Below are positions 49,121 through 61,849 of a stretch of 64,000 nucleotides of DNA, in pieces. The number at the start of each line of letters is the position of its first letter. Within the stretch, counting starts at the first letter, position 1. The translations under genes and the position numbers were made by a program. Under the pieces are notes generated by a model. That model ran no database searches. It was given only the letters and a program-made list of their open reading frames with translations, and was not told the DNA's origin. Source of the stretch: Scyliorhinus canicula (lineage: Eukaryota); NCBI RefSeq assembly GCF_902713615.1, contig NC_052160.1:95776493-95840492 (forward strand), read 5' to 3'.

Positions 49121-52100
49121 CCGATATCCTGGCTGGGAGGTTTGCTAGATTCACTCCGGAGGATTTAAACTAGTATGGCAGGGGGTTGGGGGGGGAGGGG
49201 GGGAACCAGAGCGTTAGCTTAGAAGGTGTAATAACTGAAGGGGAAGTAGAAAACAAAAATAAAAGGACAACATCATACCCAGGCAAAGCAAAAACGGTGA
49301 CAAGTGTTAAAAGAGAGGTGGTCAATGCAGGATTGAGGGTGTTGTACCTAAATGCACGCAGTATACGGAACAAGGTAAATGAGCTTGATGCACATATTGA
49401 AATTGGCCGGTACGATGTTGTGGGCATCACAGCCACATGGCTGCAAGAGGATCAGGGCTGAGATCTATATATCCAAAGATATGTGTCCTATCGAAAGGAC
49501 AGGCAGATGGGCAAAGGGGGCAGGGTTGTACTGTTAGTAAGGAATGAAGTGAAATCAATAGCAAGGAGCGATATAGGATCAGAAGGCATAGAATCTCTGT
49601 GGGTAGAGTTGAGGAATCGCAAAGGTAAAAAGACCCTGATGGGAGTTATGTACAGGCCCCCGAGGGGTTGGCAGGAGATGGCGTAGAAAATAAATCAGGA
49701 GATAGATGAGGCATGTATAAAAGGCAATATTACCATAATCATGGGGAACTTCAATATGCAGGTGGACTGGGAAAATCATGTTGGTAGTGGATCCCAAAAA
49801 AAGGAATTTGTGGAATGTTTAAGTGATGGTTTTTGGAGCAGCTTGTGGTAGAGCCCACTAGGGAACAGGCAACTCTGGATTTTATGATGTGTAATGAGAC
49901 AGTTTGATTTGGAAACTTAAGGTGAAGGAACCCTTAGGGAGCAGTGACCGCAATGTGATAGAATTTACCCTGCAGTTTGAGAGGGATCTGCAATCAGATG
50001 TAATGGTATTACAATTAAATAAGGGTAACTACAAAGACATGAGGGAGGAGCTGACCAGAGTTGATTGGAAAAGGAGCCTAGCAGGGAAGACAGTAGAACA
50101 GCAATGGCAGGAGTTTTTGGGGTTATTCAGGAGGCACAACAGAAATTCATCCCAAGAAGGAGGAAACATGCAAAGGGGAGGACAAGGCATCCATGGCTGA
50201 CGAGGGAAGTCAAGGACAGCATAAAAGTTAAAGAAAAAGCATACAAAGTGGCGAGCATTAGCGGGAAGCCAGTGAATTGGGAAGCCTTTAAAAGCGAGCA
50301 AAGAACATCTAAAAAAGCAATAAGGGGAGAGAAGATGAAGTATGAGTGCAAGCTAGCTAGTAATATAAAGGAAGATAGGAAAAGTTTTTTTCAATATATA
50401 AAGGGTAAGGGAGGGTAAATGTGGCTGGACAAGTAATAATAGGAAACAAAGAAATGGCAGACAAACTGAATAGTTACTTTGCATCAGTCTTCACGGTGGA
50501 AGATACCTGTGGGATGCCAGAGCTCCAGGAGAACCGGGGGGCAGAGATGAGTGCAGTGACCATTACTAAGGAGAAGGTTCTGGAGAAACTGAAAGGTCTG
50601 AAGCTGGATAATCATCTGGACCCAATGGACTACACCCCAGGGTTCTGAAAGAGATCACTCAGGAGATTGTGGAGACATTGGTGGTGATCTTTCAGGAATC
50701 ACTGGAGGCAGGAAGGGTCCCAGAGGACTGGAAAGTGGCTAATGTAACATCCCTGTTTAAGAAGGGAGGAAGGCAGAAGACGGGAAATTATAGGCCGGTT
50801 AGCCTGACTTCGGTCATTGGTAAGATTAGAGTCCATTATTAAACATAAGATCGTGGAGTACTTGGAAGTGCATGATAAAATAGGACTGAGTTAACATGGA
50901 TTTGTCAAGGGGAGGTCATTTCTGACAAATCTGTTAGAGTTCTTTGAGGAAGTAACAAGGAAATTAGACAAAGGAGAACCAGTGGACGTGATTTATTTAG
51001 ATTTCCAAAAGGCCTTTGACAAGGTGCCACAGAGGAGACTGTTAAATAAGTTAAGAGCCGGTAGTGTTAAGGGTACGATCCTGGCATGGATAGAGGATTG
51101 GCTGACTGGCAGAAGGCAGAGAGTGGGGAGAAAGGGGTCTTTTTCAGGATGGCAGCCGGTGACTTGTGGTGTACCTCAGGGGTCGGTGCCGGGACTACAA
51201 CTTTTCACAATATACATGAATGATCTGGAAGAAGGAAGAAGCTATGTTTGTAGATGATACAAAGGTCTGTAGAGGGGCATATAATATTGAGGAAGCAGGC
51301 TGGCTGCAGAAGGAGTTGGAAAGGCTAGGAGGGTGGGCAAAGAATTGGCAGATGGAAAGCAATGTGGAAAAGTGTGAGGTTATGCACTTTGGAAGGAGAA
51401 ATGGAGGCATAGATATTTTCTAAATGGGGAGATGCTTAGGAAATCAGAAGCACAAAGGGACTTGGGAGTCCTTGTTTAAGATTTTCTTAAGGTTAATGTG
51501 CAGGTTCAGTCGGCAGTTAAGAAGGCAAATGCAATGTTAGCATTCATGTCGACAGGGCTAGAATACAAGACCAGGGATGTACTTTTGAGGCTGTATAACA
51601 CTCTGGTCAGACCCCATTTGGAGTATTGTGAGCAGTTTGGGGCCCCCTATCTAAGGAAGGACGTGCTGGCCTTGGAAAGGGTCCAGAGGAGGTTGACAAG
51701 AATGATCCCTGGCATGAAGAGCTTGTCATATGAGGAACGGTTAACGACTCTAGGTCTGTACTCGTTGGAGTTTCGAAGGATGAGGGGGGATTGAAACTTA
51801 CAAGATACTTCGAGGCCTGGATAGAGTGGACACGGAGAGGATGTTTCCACTTGTAGGAACAACTAAAAGCAGAGGACACAATCTGACACTAAAGGGATGA
51901 TCCTTTAAAACGGAGATGAGGAGGAAGTTATTCAACCAGAGGTTGGTGAATCTGTGGAACACATTGCCGCAGAAGGCTGTGGAGGACAAATCACGGAATG
52001 TCTTTAAGACAGAGATATATATGTTTTTGATCAATAAGGGGATCAGGGGTTATGGAGAGAAGGCAGGGGAATGGGGTTGAGAAAAATATCAGCCATGATT

Positions 52101-52165
52101 GAATGGCGGAGCAGACTCGATGGGCTGAGTGGCCTAATTATGCTCCTATGTCTTATGGTCTTATG
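49121..52165 (+). mobile_element. CR1-clade LINE (ORF1 end, endonuclease, RT, 3' UTR), degenerate, in APOBEC2 intron 1
   Basis: LYLNARSIRNKVNEL (APE endonuclease), DVIYLDFQKAFDKVP, GVPQGSVPG and LVRPHLEYCEQF. Tail ...cctatgtcttatggtcttatg. Multiple stops and frameshifts. Confidence 0.93.
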
Positions 52166-53286
52166 ACCTCGGTTCTGCCACCTGATCTTGTTCTAACCTG
52201 TGTGTCAGCCCATTCAGGTGGTAGCACCCTGACCTCTGAGTAAGGTTTTGGGTTCAAGCTCCAAGACTGAAATGCATAACCTCGGTGATCACTCCAATGC
52301 AGTAATAAGGGAATGGCAGAAGGCTGAATGTTGCCCTCCAGATGAGAGACGGAATAGAAGGTCACAGAGCTATTTTCTGATGGTTTCTTGTGGCTATTAA
52401 CTTAGATTTATGTAGGATCTTATCACATCTGTAAGAAAGAACTCAATGCACTTCACAAAAATTGCTTTTGAAGAATGTATTCACTATTGTTATGTAGTAA
52501 ATGAAAGGGTCATAGAATCATAGAATGCCTGCAATGCAGAAGGGGGGACATTCAGCCCATCGAGTCTGCACCGACCCGCCGAAAGAGCACCCTACCAAAG
52601 CCACACCACTCCCCTATCCGCGTAGCCCCACCTAACCTTTGGGACACTAAGGGGCAATTTAGCATGGCCAATCCACCTAACCTGCACATCTTTGGACTGT
52701 GGGAGGAAACCGGAGCACCCATAGGAAACCCATACAGACACTGGGAGAAGGTGCAAACTCCACACAGTCAGCCAAGGCCGGATTCGAGTCTGAGTCCCTG
52801 GCGCTGTGAGGCAGCAGTGCTAACCACTGTGCCGCCATGCCTCCACCTTCGGGTCCATCCGGCAGCAGGAAACTTGGTGGGAGTGGGAGGTTAATTTGGC
52901 ATCAAGTTGAACCATAGGAATTCTGTTCTCGGGACATGAAAGGCGGGTTAAAAGCTGGTCAAACTTGTCAACTAATCAGATTGGGATGTCCTTAAGCATT
53001 AATATCTCATGCGTGCTCTTAAAAAGGTCACCTCGCCAGAATTAATTCCCATCCCCTTATCACGTTTCTTGCCAGCGAGAAATTAGAACATACACTTTCA
53101 GCCAATTGTGTCTGCGCTCACTCTTTGAAAGAACAGTTATGCCTCATCCCACATCAGCCCGCCCTTTATTTACACCCCTGTAAGTTCCTCATAGCACCCC
53201 TATAGTGAATAAGGAGGCCATTCAGCCCACTGAGTCTCCACCAACCCTTGGAAGGAGCACCCTACCCAGGCCCACGCCCGCACCCT

Positions 53287-53973
53287 GGGCACGATTCTCC
53301 GCAAATGCGGAGAGTCGTAAAGGCTGCCGTGAAGCCGGCCGTGTTTCACGGCAGCCTCCGCGCCCCCTCCCGGGACCCGATTCACCCCCCCCGGTCGGGG
53401 CTAGCATCGCGGCCGCGGGAAGAACGGCAGCGCGGGCTTAGCGAACGTTCGCTAAGCCCGGCCGCCAAGACTCACGGCAGCTGACGCGCACGATGACGTC
53501 ATCGCGCATATGCGTCAAACCCACGCATGCGCGGTCCGTCATGCCCCTCAGCCGCCCCACGGACTGATCCTACGGGGCGGCGGAGGGACAAAGAGTGCGC
53601 GGGAATCGGGCGGGCTGCCCACGATCGGTGCCCACCGATCGCGGGCCCATGCCACCCTTGGCATGGCCGTGGTGCGGCCGTGCCAATCGGTGGCATGGTT
53701 ATGCAGAACGGCACTTTGCGGCCGTTTTCACGAACTGTGATAGCAGGTGTGTTTAAATTCGTGAAAATGGCCGTAAAGGCCTGGGAAATCGGCCCATCGG
53801 ATAGGGAAGAATCGCTGCTCGCCATAATAAAACGGCGAGCAGCGATTCGCGTCGTGGGGCGGCTGTGGGGGGGGGGGGGGGGGGGGGGGGAGAATAGCAG
53901 GAGGTCGGGAAAAATGTCGGGAAGGCCCTCCCGCTATTCTCCGACCCATCGTGGGGGGCGGAGAATCGCGCCC
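53287..53973. mobile_element. Non-autonomous Harbinger MITE inserted in a SINE
   Basis: TIRs gggcacgattctcc / ggagaatcgcgccc. TSD CCT on both sides. Confidence 0.85.
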
Positions 53974-54133
53974 CCTATCCCCATAACCCAGTAACCTCAA
54001 CTAACCCTTTGGGCACTGAGGGGCAATTTAGCATGGCCAATCCAGACAGTCACCGAGGCCGGAATTGAACCCAGTCCCTGGTGCTGTGAGGCAACAGTGC
54101 TACCTCTGTGCCATCGTGTTGCACCAAAAAAAC

Positions 54134-54218
54134 CAACTCCACCGGGACTCGAACCCGGAACCTTTGAATGTCTGCAGCCGTTATAGGTCCAATGCACTAT
54201 CCGTTGCCCCATGGAGCC
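54134..54218 (-). tRNA. Intron-containing tRNA-Arg(UCU)-type gene or pseudogene whose anticodon reads UAU
   Basis: Minus strand reads GGCTCCATGGGGCAACGGATAGTGCATTGGACCTATA-acggctgcagac-ATTCAAAGGTTCCGGGTTCGAGTCCCGGTGGAGTTG followed by GT7. This is a vertebrate tRNA-Arg-TCT body with a 12-nt intron at the canonical site and a Pol III T-run. U33C and a D-stem mismatch suggest a pseudogene. Confidence 0.85.
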
Positions 54219-55561
54219 ACCTTTACAGAATCTATGGGCTTTTGCATGGCTCGGCCACTAGGGAACCCGCCACAGTGGATTGACTTCAGCGGGATCAGAT
54301 GACACTGCCGTCAGGAAGGACCGGAAATTCCCACCCTATGTCCCACAAAGAACAATAAGGAATGTTTATTGAGGGTTGGAGCTTGGCCAGGATCTTTACC
54401 TGAACTGACAAGACAGTGCCTTGGTTAAATGTTTGTTCTGAACAATGGCATCTCTGGCAATGCAGCATTCCATAAGTGTTGGAGTATCTGTCTGGATTAT
54501 GGGCTGAAGGACAAGACTGTGCTTGAATCCACATTCTTCTGAATCCAAAACCAACAGCAGCAAAAGTAATCCAGCTATGCTGCAAATCCAGGTCTTGTGG
54601 CATGATTTAAAGAAAGACCTGGCAACATTCAGGCCCTCAGGCAACATGAAAACTGATGGATTAACAATTATCGGATTACTGATTATGAGATATTGCTATG
54701 TATAGGGTGGTTGTCAATAAAAATGTCTGCGTACACAACAGTAAAGGGTGTGTCTCAGAGAACTGATAAAAGTTCAATATCAATTAGGATATTTCATTAT
54801 ATGTAATTAAATATTCCCACAATATGAGTCAGAGTGCTCATGCTGCATTTTAACAACAATTAAACGGTTTCAAAAGAAAAGTAATTTCCTGATAGATACC
54901 AAGAGCAATGAAACACCACTTAATGGTAGAAGACGAATTTCCAATTTCACAGTTCAAGTGACATGAACGAGGTGTTTGAACTGTGCCCACCAATTCAGTT
55001 CTCATGTGAAGCTCAAAGCAGAGTTTATGTTGCTTTTAGATCTCCACTCTACCCGACATCAAACTGTCCAGTGAGGCCAGTGACAAATTGTCCTGGATTT
55101 GCAGCAGTATCTCAGTGAATGGAATTTAAAGACTTATTTTTAACTCTCCTTATCTCAGCTGTGCTGGCAGGAGGAGACAACAGAGGATCAGTAACAATAT
55201 TTCCATCACCAGCTATCCACCAATCTTAGCACAGGAGTGTTAAAGGGGGAATCTGCCTGCACTGTTCTCGCACTGAAAGACCAATTCAGAGGATTGAGGC
55301 CTTTTTGGCACATTTGACCCCATCCTTTCAGAGAACGTAAAACATAGAACATAGAACATAGAGTGCAGAAGGAGGCCATTCGGCCCATCGAGTCTGCACC
55401 GACCCACTTAAACCCTCACTTCCACCCTATCCCAGTAACCCCGCAACCCAAAAACCCCTCCTAACCTTTTTGGTCACTAAGGGGAATTTATCATGGCCAA
55501 TCCACCTAACCTGCATTACTTTGTCTGCGTAGCAGCTTCACGCAACTCTGGCAGAGACCAC

Positions 55562-55733
55562 GGGCTGGATTCTCCGTTCCGCCGCACCACATTTCCTTTC
55601 CACCCCGCCTGCAGGATGCTCTGTTACCAAAGCTGATCAATGGGGTTTCCCATTGTGGGGCAGCCCCACGCCGTTGGAAAACTCCCAGGCTGCCGGCAAA
55701 ACGGAGCATCCCGCTGGCAGAGAATCCAGTCCC
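55562..55733. mobile_element. Short Harbinger-type MITE
   Basis: Ends gggctggattctcc / gagaatccagtccc. Confidence 0.6.
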
Positions 55734-57599
55734 ACGTTTTAGAATTATAGAGTTATTGGCTGGAATCATAGAACGCATACAGTGGAGAAAGAGGCCATTC
55801 AGCCCATCGGGTATGCACCAATCCTCTGAAAGAGCACCCTACCTAGGCCACCCACCCCTGCCCTATCCCTGTAACCCCACCTAACCTGCACATCTTTGGA
55901 ATGTAGGAGGAAACCGGAGCACCCAGAGGAAAGCCATGCAGACACGGGGGGAACGTGTAAACTCCACACAGTCACCCAATGCTGGATAGGAGTCTGGGTC
56001 CCTGGCGCTGTGAGGCAGCAGTGCTAACCACTGTGCCGCTATGCCTCCATCTTCGGGTCCATCCGGCAGCAGGAAACCTGGCGGGAGTGGGACGTTAATT
56101 TGGCCTCAGGTCAAAAATCAGTTTGTCGATGGTGGGTTGAACCATAGGAATTCTGTTCTCGGGACATTAAAGGCGGGTTAAAGGCTGGTCAAACTTGTCA
56201 ACTAATCAGATTGGGATGTCCTTAGGCATTAATATCTCATGCGTGCTCTTAAAAAGGTCACCTCGCCGGAATTAATTCCCATCCCCTTATCACATTTCCC
56301 ACAACCGAGAAATTAGAACATACACTTTCAGCCAATTGTGTCTGCGCTCACTCTTTGAAAGAACAGTAATGCCTCAGCCCCCTTTTTATTTACTCATAGT
56401 ATCCCTACAGTGCTGAAGGAGGCCATTCAGCCCACTGAGTCTGCACCGACCCTTGGAAAGAGCACCCTACCTAGGCCCATTCCTGCACCCTACCCTGTAA
56501 CCCAGTAACCATTCCTAACCTTTTGGACTCTAAGGGGTAATTTAGCATGGCCAATCCACTACACATCTTTGGACTGTGGGAGGAAACCAGAGCAGACACA
56601 GGGAGAAAGTGCAAACTCTACACAGACAGTCACCCGAGGCTGGAATTGAACCCAAGTTCCTGGTGCTGTGGGGCAACTGTACTAACCACTGTGCAAAAAT
56701 GCCACCCCTTAAGCACTGTTCAAATCCCTTGTAAAATCATTTATGGAATAGGCTTCCACTAACATTTTGGGCAGAGTGTTCCAAATCCCCACAATTCCGA
56801 GTGAAATTGTTCTCCTCAATTTGATTCATTTTCCGAGATATTTTGCCAATGATTTTGAACCTATAACGTCTGGTTATTGACCCAGCTGCCAGAGTGAATA
56901 CATTTTCTCTCCTTACTTAATCAAAATCTTTCACCATCTTGGAAAAACTGCATCAGATCATCTCTTAACCTTCTTTGTTTCAAAGGGAACAATCTTTAAC
57001 CTCTCTTCATCCTCCCTGGTATTATCTTGGCAGATCTCCGTGTGGGCCTTTTAAGGCCATTAAATAGTTCCTGAAATGTGTTGCCCAGAATTGTCCTCAA
57101 GATTAAGGGCAGCACGGTAGCATTGTGGATAGCACAATCGCTTCACAGCTCCAGGGTCCCAGGTTCGATTCCAGCTTGGGTCACTGTCTGCACATCCTCC
57201 CCATGTGTGCGTGGGTTTCCTCCGGGTGCTCCGGTTTCCTCTCACAGTCCAAAGATGTGCAGGTTAGGTGGATTGGCCATAATAAATTGCCCTTAGTGTC
57301 CAAAATTGCCCTTAGTGTTGGGTGGGGTTACTGGGTTATGGGGATAGGGTGCAGTTGTTGACCTTGGGTAGGGTGCTCTTTCCAAGAGCCGGTGCAGACT
57401 CGATGGGCTGAATGGCCTCCTTCTGCACTGTAAATTCTATGATCTATGATTCCAGTGATTTATAAAGTTCTAGCAAATTCCCACATTTACTGTTCCTCTA
57501 TAAACACATGCAACTCATATGTTTTTTGTAGCTGCCTTATCAATTTATCCAGCCACTTTTATGAATTTGTGTATATGAACACTAAGGTCTCTCTGCTCA

Positions 57600-58510
57600 T
57601 CTACACTTTGTAAAATTGTGCATTTATTGGACACTGTTTTTTAATAGTAGACCACCAAAAGTGCATCACTTCGCACTCTCTACCTTGAATTTCATCTGCC
57701 GTGCCCATTTCACCCATGCTGTCTATATCATCCTGAAATCTACAATTATCCTCATCACTACCTACTACTGTGCCAAGTTTTGTATTACCTGCAAACCATG
57801 TTCTGCTGCTTCCTACACACGGAGGGAATCTAGATCGTTTGTCAAACATGAAAATGGATGGCTGAATGTTCCAGCCCTTCCTGCTGGAAAGATTTTCCAG
57901 TCCCCACTGATAGCTCCCCCCCACCCCCACCCCCACCCCACCCCCCGCCGCGGGTTCCTCGACGGCACGGCTAGGAACAATGCAAAGTGCCGTAGACACC
58001 CTCTCCCGCCAGAAAAATCCGGCCCAGAACAATGGACACAACACTGATTCGTGGGCACCACCACATGTCTGAAAATCATTCATCTTTTACGTCTCTCTGC
58101 TTCCTGTCACTAAGCCAGATCAGCATTCATACCATCACTTTCCCCTTTGTTCCACGGGCTTCCCTGAACCCATTAATTGTTTCCAATAACGTCCCCATCA
58201 CCAATGTTAGGCTGACTGATCTGTACTTTTCTAGTGCAACCCTCTCCCCTTCCTTGAATTGTGCTTAAACATCAGCAACCTTTAAACATTGCTCTCAAAC
58301 CCAATAAGGATTTGAAGGTTGTGACCATTGCCTCTGCTATTTATATCTTTGCTTCTTTTAACAACCTCAAGTGCGTTTTATCCAGACCAAATGACTTGCC
58401 AACTTTCAGTGATGCTGATATTTTTTGTGCATATTCTGTCTATTACTATCCTGTCCATAACTCCTCTTTTAGTGTCACCTTCACGCCATCTGTTTTCCTA
58501 TGTGAAGTTG
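57600..58510 (-). mobile_element. Degenerate CR1 LINE fragments
   Basis: TKLGTVVGSDEDNCRFQDDIDSM...-like RT C-terminal translation, interrupted by a GC-rich insert. Confidence 0.6.
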
Positions 58511-59736
58511 GATTGAAAAAATTCAGTGGGTTATAGGCTGACTCTGCTCTTATACTGTATCAAATTGGAAGAAGGATCATCAGCTCAAGACAGACCAACA
58601 AAATGGCAGAAAAAAGTCGCTGCGGAATGGGTGGGGACACAGAGTCAGTGTGCAACGACACTGGGATTCACAGTATTCACAATGTATCGCACAACTGCGG
58701 CCAGTGTTGAATAACAGGTTTAAAAGGCCGAAATAGCTCCATAGCTGTAGGAAAATGCTAACCTGGGTTATATAAGCCTGAATCTTAAAAATCTAAGATT
58801 CCGCTGACCTACATTTAATCTCCTTGGACTCATTTGGAAAATCTGGAATTGAACAAAATCTGTTTGCTTCTATTGTCGGGCGATTGTTCACTAATGCATT
58901 AGAAAAGTCATTGATTATAACACAGAACTCCCTATTTACCTCACAACTTGTAAACTAGCTCTTTTATCATCAGTTACTTCTTCACTCATCACCTAAACAA
59001 GGTTTGCACAGAAATAATCCTTTTAAAAAAGAGTCAGAATTTCATCAAGTGTTTATGGATTAAGGGAATCATTACACTCGGCAAATTCACAATCCCACCA
59101 GCAGAATCGCTTCACTCATGGCTTTCTACATGCCTCTGTACCTCTGCCTGTAGGCAGTCGGGCTCAATTCCTGGTTCAACCAATTAAAGGAGGCAATAAA
59201 CCCAATAAATAACTGAGGACAAATGGTTAGACTAGAACTAGGCATTCTTAGTATGAGAGATTTATTCAAACATCTGGACACACATGAAACCCTAATCATA
59301 ACATAGGGAGCCTTGCACAGAGAGATTGCAAGTCTGAGAGAGGGCTACTCGACACGATCGTGACAATAAGCGATTTTCACTTCATTTCATTTCAAATATC
59401 TGACACATGTTTCCTCAATGCAAGCCTGGGGTCACATGAATTTTCCTGTTGTATATGTGCCTATTAGATATATTATATAACTTCTTGGTGTTACACTCCA
59501 GAAAGCCAAGTTAAGATGGGTAGAACTGGAGCCAATCTTTATATTTTTGTAAACTGTATTAACAGAGATACTCATTGCAAACACTTCCTTACTCAATGAA
59601 CCACTGTTTCAATAGTTTCCTACTTAAAGGAGCACAAGTAAATCTGCAATTAATGCCCACTACTGGAACACATTTAAATATAATTAATAGACAATTAACA
59701 ATATATATATCCACACAGAATTCTGGCAGAATTTGA

Positions 59737-59770
59737 TATATATATATATATATATATATGTACATATATA
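59737..59770. repeat. (TA)n microsatellite
   Basis: Directly visible. Confidence 0.9.
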
Positions 59771-60911
59771 CACACATAATCCATATATCCATCATATAAA
59801 CTGCATATTATAATGTATATAGAAAGAAGTTTTGTATCTATACAGCACCCTGTGATATTTCATTTCTCAAAGTGCTTCAGATACAATTAATTACTCTGCA
59901 TGAAATACATTCACGTCTATATTTCATACACTATACACATGCAAATCCATTTTCGGGTTTGCATATGTGTGATACTTGCTCATTCCTGCATATTTATTTA
60001 ACATAATTACTAAGATCACTTTTCCTTATTCTTTGATCCTCTAACAAATCTCGCCTACTGGCAGGTCCTGCCAGAACACTCCAATGTTCTGCCATGACTG
60101 GCCAATTTCAGGGTACATGCCCGGAATTTTCTGAAATGAGCTCCGAACAGGTGTGGCTCAGTGCCAGGTGAGTGAATTCAGAAAACCAGCCCAATCCTGT
60201 TCTTGCAACACCTGTTCAGAAATTCCGACACACAGACTGATAAATCCAGAGGTAACTATTGGTGATAATAGTGAACAAATGCTTCATGCATGGCCCCCTT
60301 CTGCACTGTAAATTCTATAAATTCTATTGTGACTAGGTCAAGTCCTGCACGGAAACAATGAGCAAGTAAACCCCAATGGAATGTATTTAAAAAACTAATT
60401 CACTAATATCTATGGTGCATATCAGTGTTTTTAACTTTAGCTCCAGTTTAAATTCAATGAATCACTTTCTTTCTGACAAAGATATTTCTTATTCCGCTTG
60501 TCAAAATTAAACCTTGTCTAACTTCATTTTAAAATTTTTCCAATTAAGGGGTAACTTAGCGTGGCCAATCCACCTACCCTACACATCTTTGGGTTGTGGG
60601 GGTGAGACCTATGCAGACACGGAGAGAATGTGCAAACTCCACATGGACAGTGACCCAGGGCCGGGATCAAATGCGGTTCCTCGGCGCTGTGAGCCAGCGG
60701 TCCTAACCAGTGCGCCACCGTGTCGTCCCGTCTGATACTTCTTGATCTATGGTAAGAATTCTTTCCACATATAATGCATTGGCATGGTAGATAGTTCTGG
60801 TCCATATATTTTACTCTGAAGGAAAAAATGTTTAACAATGGTTTGTCAAATTCCTAAATAACTTTTCCTTCCTTCCTGAACTGGCATCAATGAGAGAGGT
60901 TCAACACTCAC

Positions 60912-61045
60912 CCTATAATTGTCTGAAAAGGCCCTGGGTCAGGGAGTTCTTCATTCTCTGTGCCAGCCTCTCCACCTGTTTCGCCTTCAGCAGATTTTTC
61001 ATTATCAACCTTCTTATTCTCTTCATTGGTCTGCTTTTCAGCCAT
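60912..61045 (-). CDS. APOBEC2: APOBEC2 coding exon 1 (MAEKQTNEENKKVDNEKSAEGETGGEAGTENEELPDPGPFQTIIG)
   Basis: ATG in good Kozak context (GAAATGG). Acidic N-terminus ends in ELPDPGPFQTIIG, resembling the human ELPPFEIVTG. Phase-2 donor GG|GTGAGT fits the phase of the exon at 48814. 134 + 535 nt = 669 nt = 222 aa plus stop. Confidence 0.9.
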
Positions 61046-61099
61046 TTCGGACAGATTCCCGGCGGATCAGTGCAACGCGATCAGACTGAAAGCAGCTCT

Positions 61100-61195
61100 G
61101 TACTGAGCAAGCGAGTGCCCCTGTCATATTAATGGCTCACACACTAAATAAGGGAGCAGAGGAGGAGGAGAGGACGTCCAGCCCAAAATAAACTG
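61100..61195 (-). promoter_or_regulatory. Putative APOBEC2 proximal promoter (TATA-like ATTAATAT, TGACAG, MEF2-like A/T boxes)
   Basis: About 80-150 nt upstream of the ATG: attaatatg at 61133-61125, ctgtca at 61121-61126, ctaaataag at 61144-61152 and cccaaaataa at 61182-61191. Motif matches only. Confidence 0.35.
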
Positions 61196-61849
61196 CAATC
61201 AAGTCATCCTCATTAGCTCCATCAATCACAGACAGCTCTCCCCAATCCACACATTTTTCCAATTGGATTCAGTGTCTCTTTCCAACACAGTTCATCCTAC
61301 CCTTCATCCTTTACATCTTTTTTTAACCTTTGCTTGAATATTTTGCCAAAAAAGATTTTAAAAAGTACTGTAGCTGACTTTCAAGTTAGTAAGCAGAATT
61401 TAACTGAAACATTTTGTAGTTTAGTTGTGGCAGGTTTTTCAGGGCGTTACCCACCAACTCCGCCGGCGAGTTTCCTACCACTATCTGACGACACTTAGGA
61501 CTGGATTCTTCCTTCCCGCCGCTGCAAGATCACCACGGGTGGGACACGGACCTCCGATGGGAATTTCCAGTCGCCGGGCAGGCACAGCCGGTGAATCCCA
61601 TCCTTGGTCACTTTATTGGGCCCTGGGGAGTTTGAAATGAAAAAAATGAAATGAAAATCACTTGTCACGAGTAGGCTTCGAATGAAGTTACTGTGAAAAG
61701 CCCCGAGTCGCCACATTCCGGCGCCTGTTGGGGGAGGCTGGTACAGGAATTGAACCGTGCTGCTGGCCTGCCTTGGTCTGCTTTCAAAGCCAGCTCTTCA
61801 GCCCTGTGCTAAACCAGCCCCAGTTTCTGACTGGTTTAGCCCACACTTA

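Larger units (their letters stand above)
588..60725. repeat. Dispersed HE1-like SINE family, at least 20 copies (approx. 588-895, 22778-23020, 27244-27575, 33300-33497, 34819-35130, 38060-38368, 40389-40690, 42256-42603, 43335-43635, 47947-48230, 52512-52836, 55345-55515, 55765-56040, 56395-56700, 57108-57450, 60530-60725)
   Basis: Shared head gggcagcacggtagca...ggttcgattccc and core gtgggtttcctccgggtgctccggtttcctcccacagtccaaagatgtgcaggttaggtggattggccatg. The coordinates given span the family, not one element. Confidence 0.9.
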
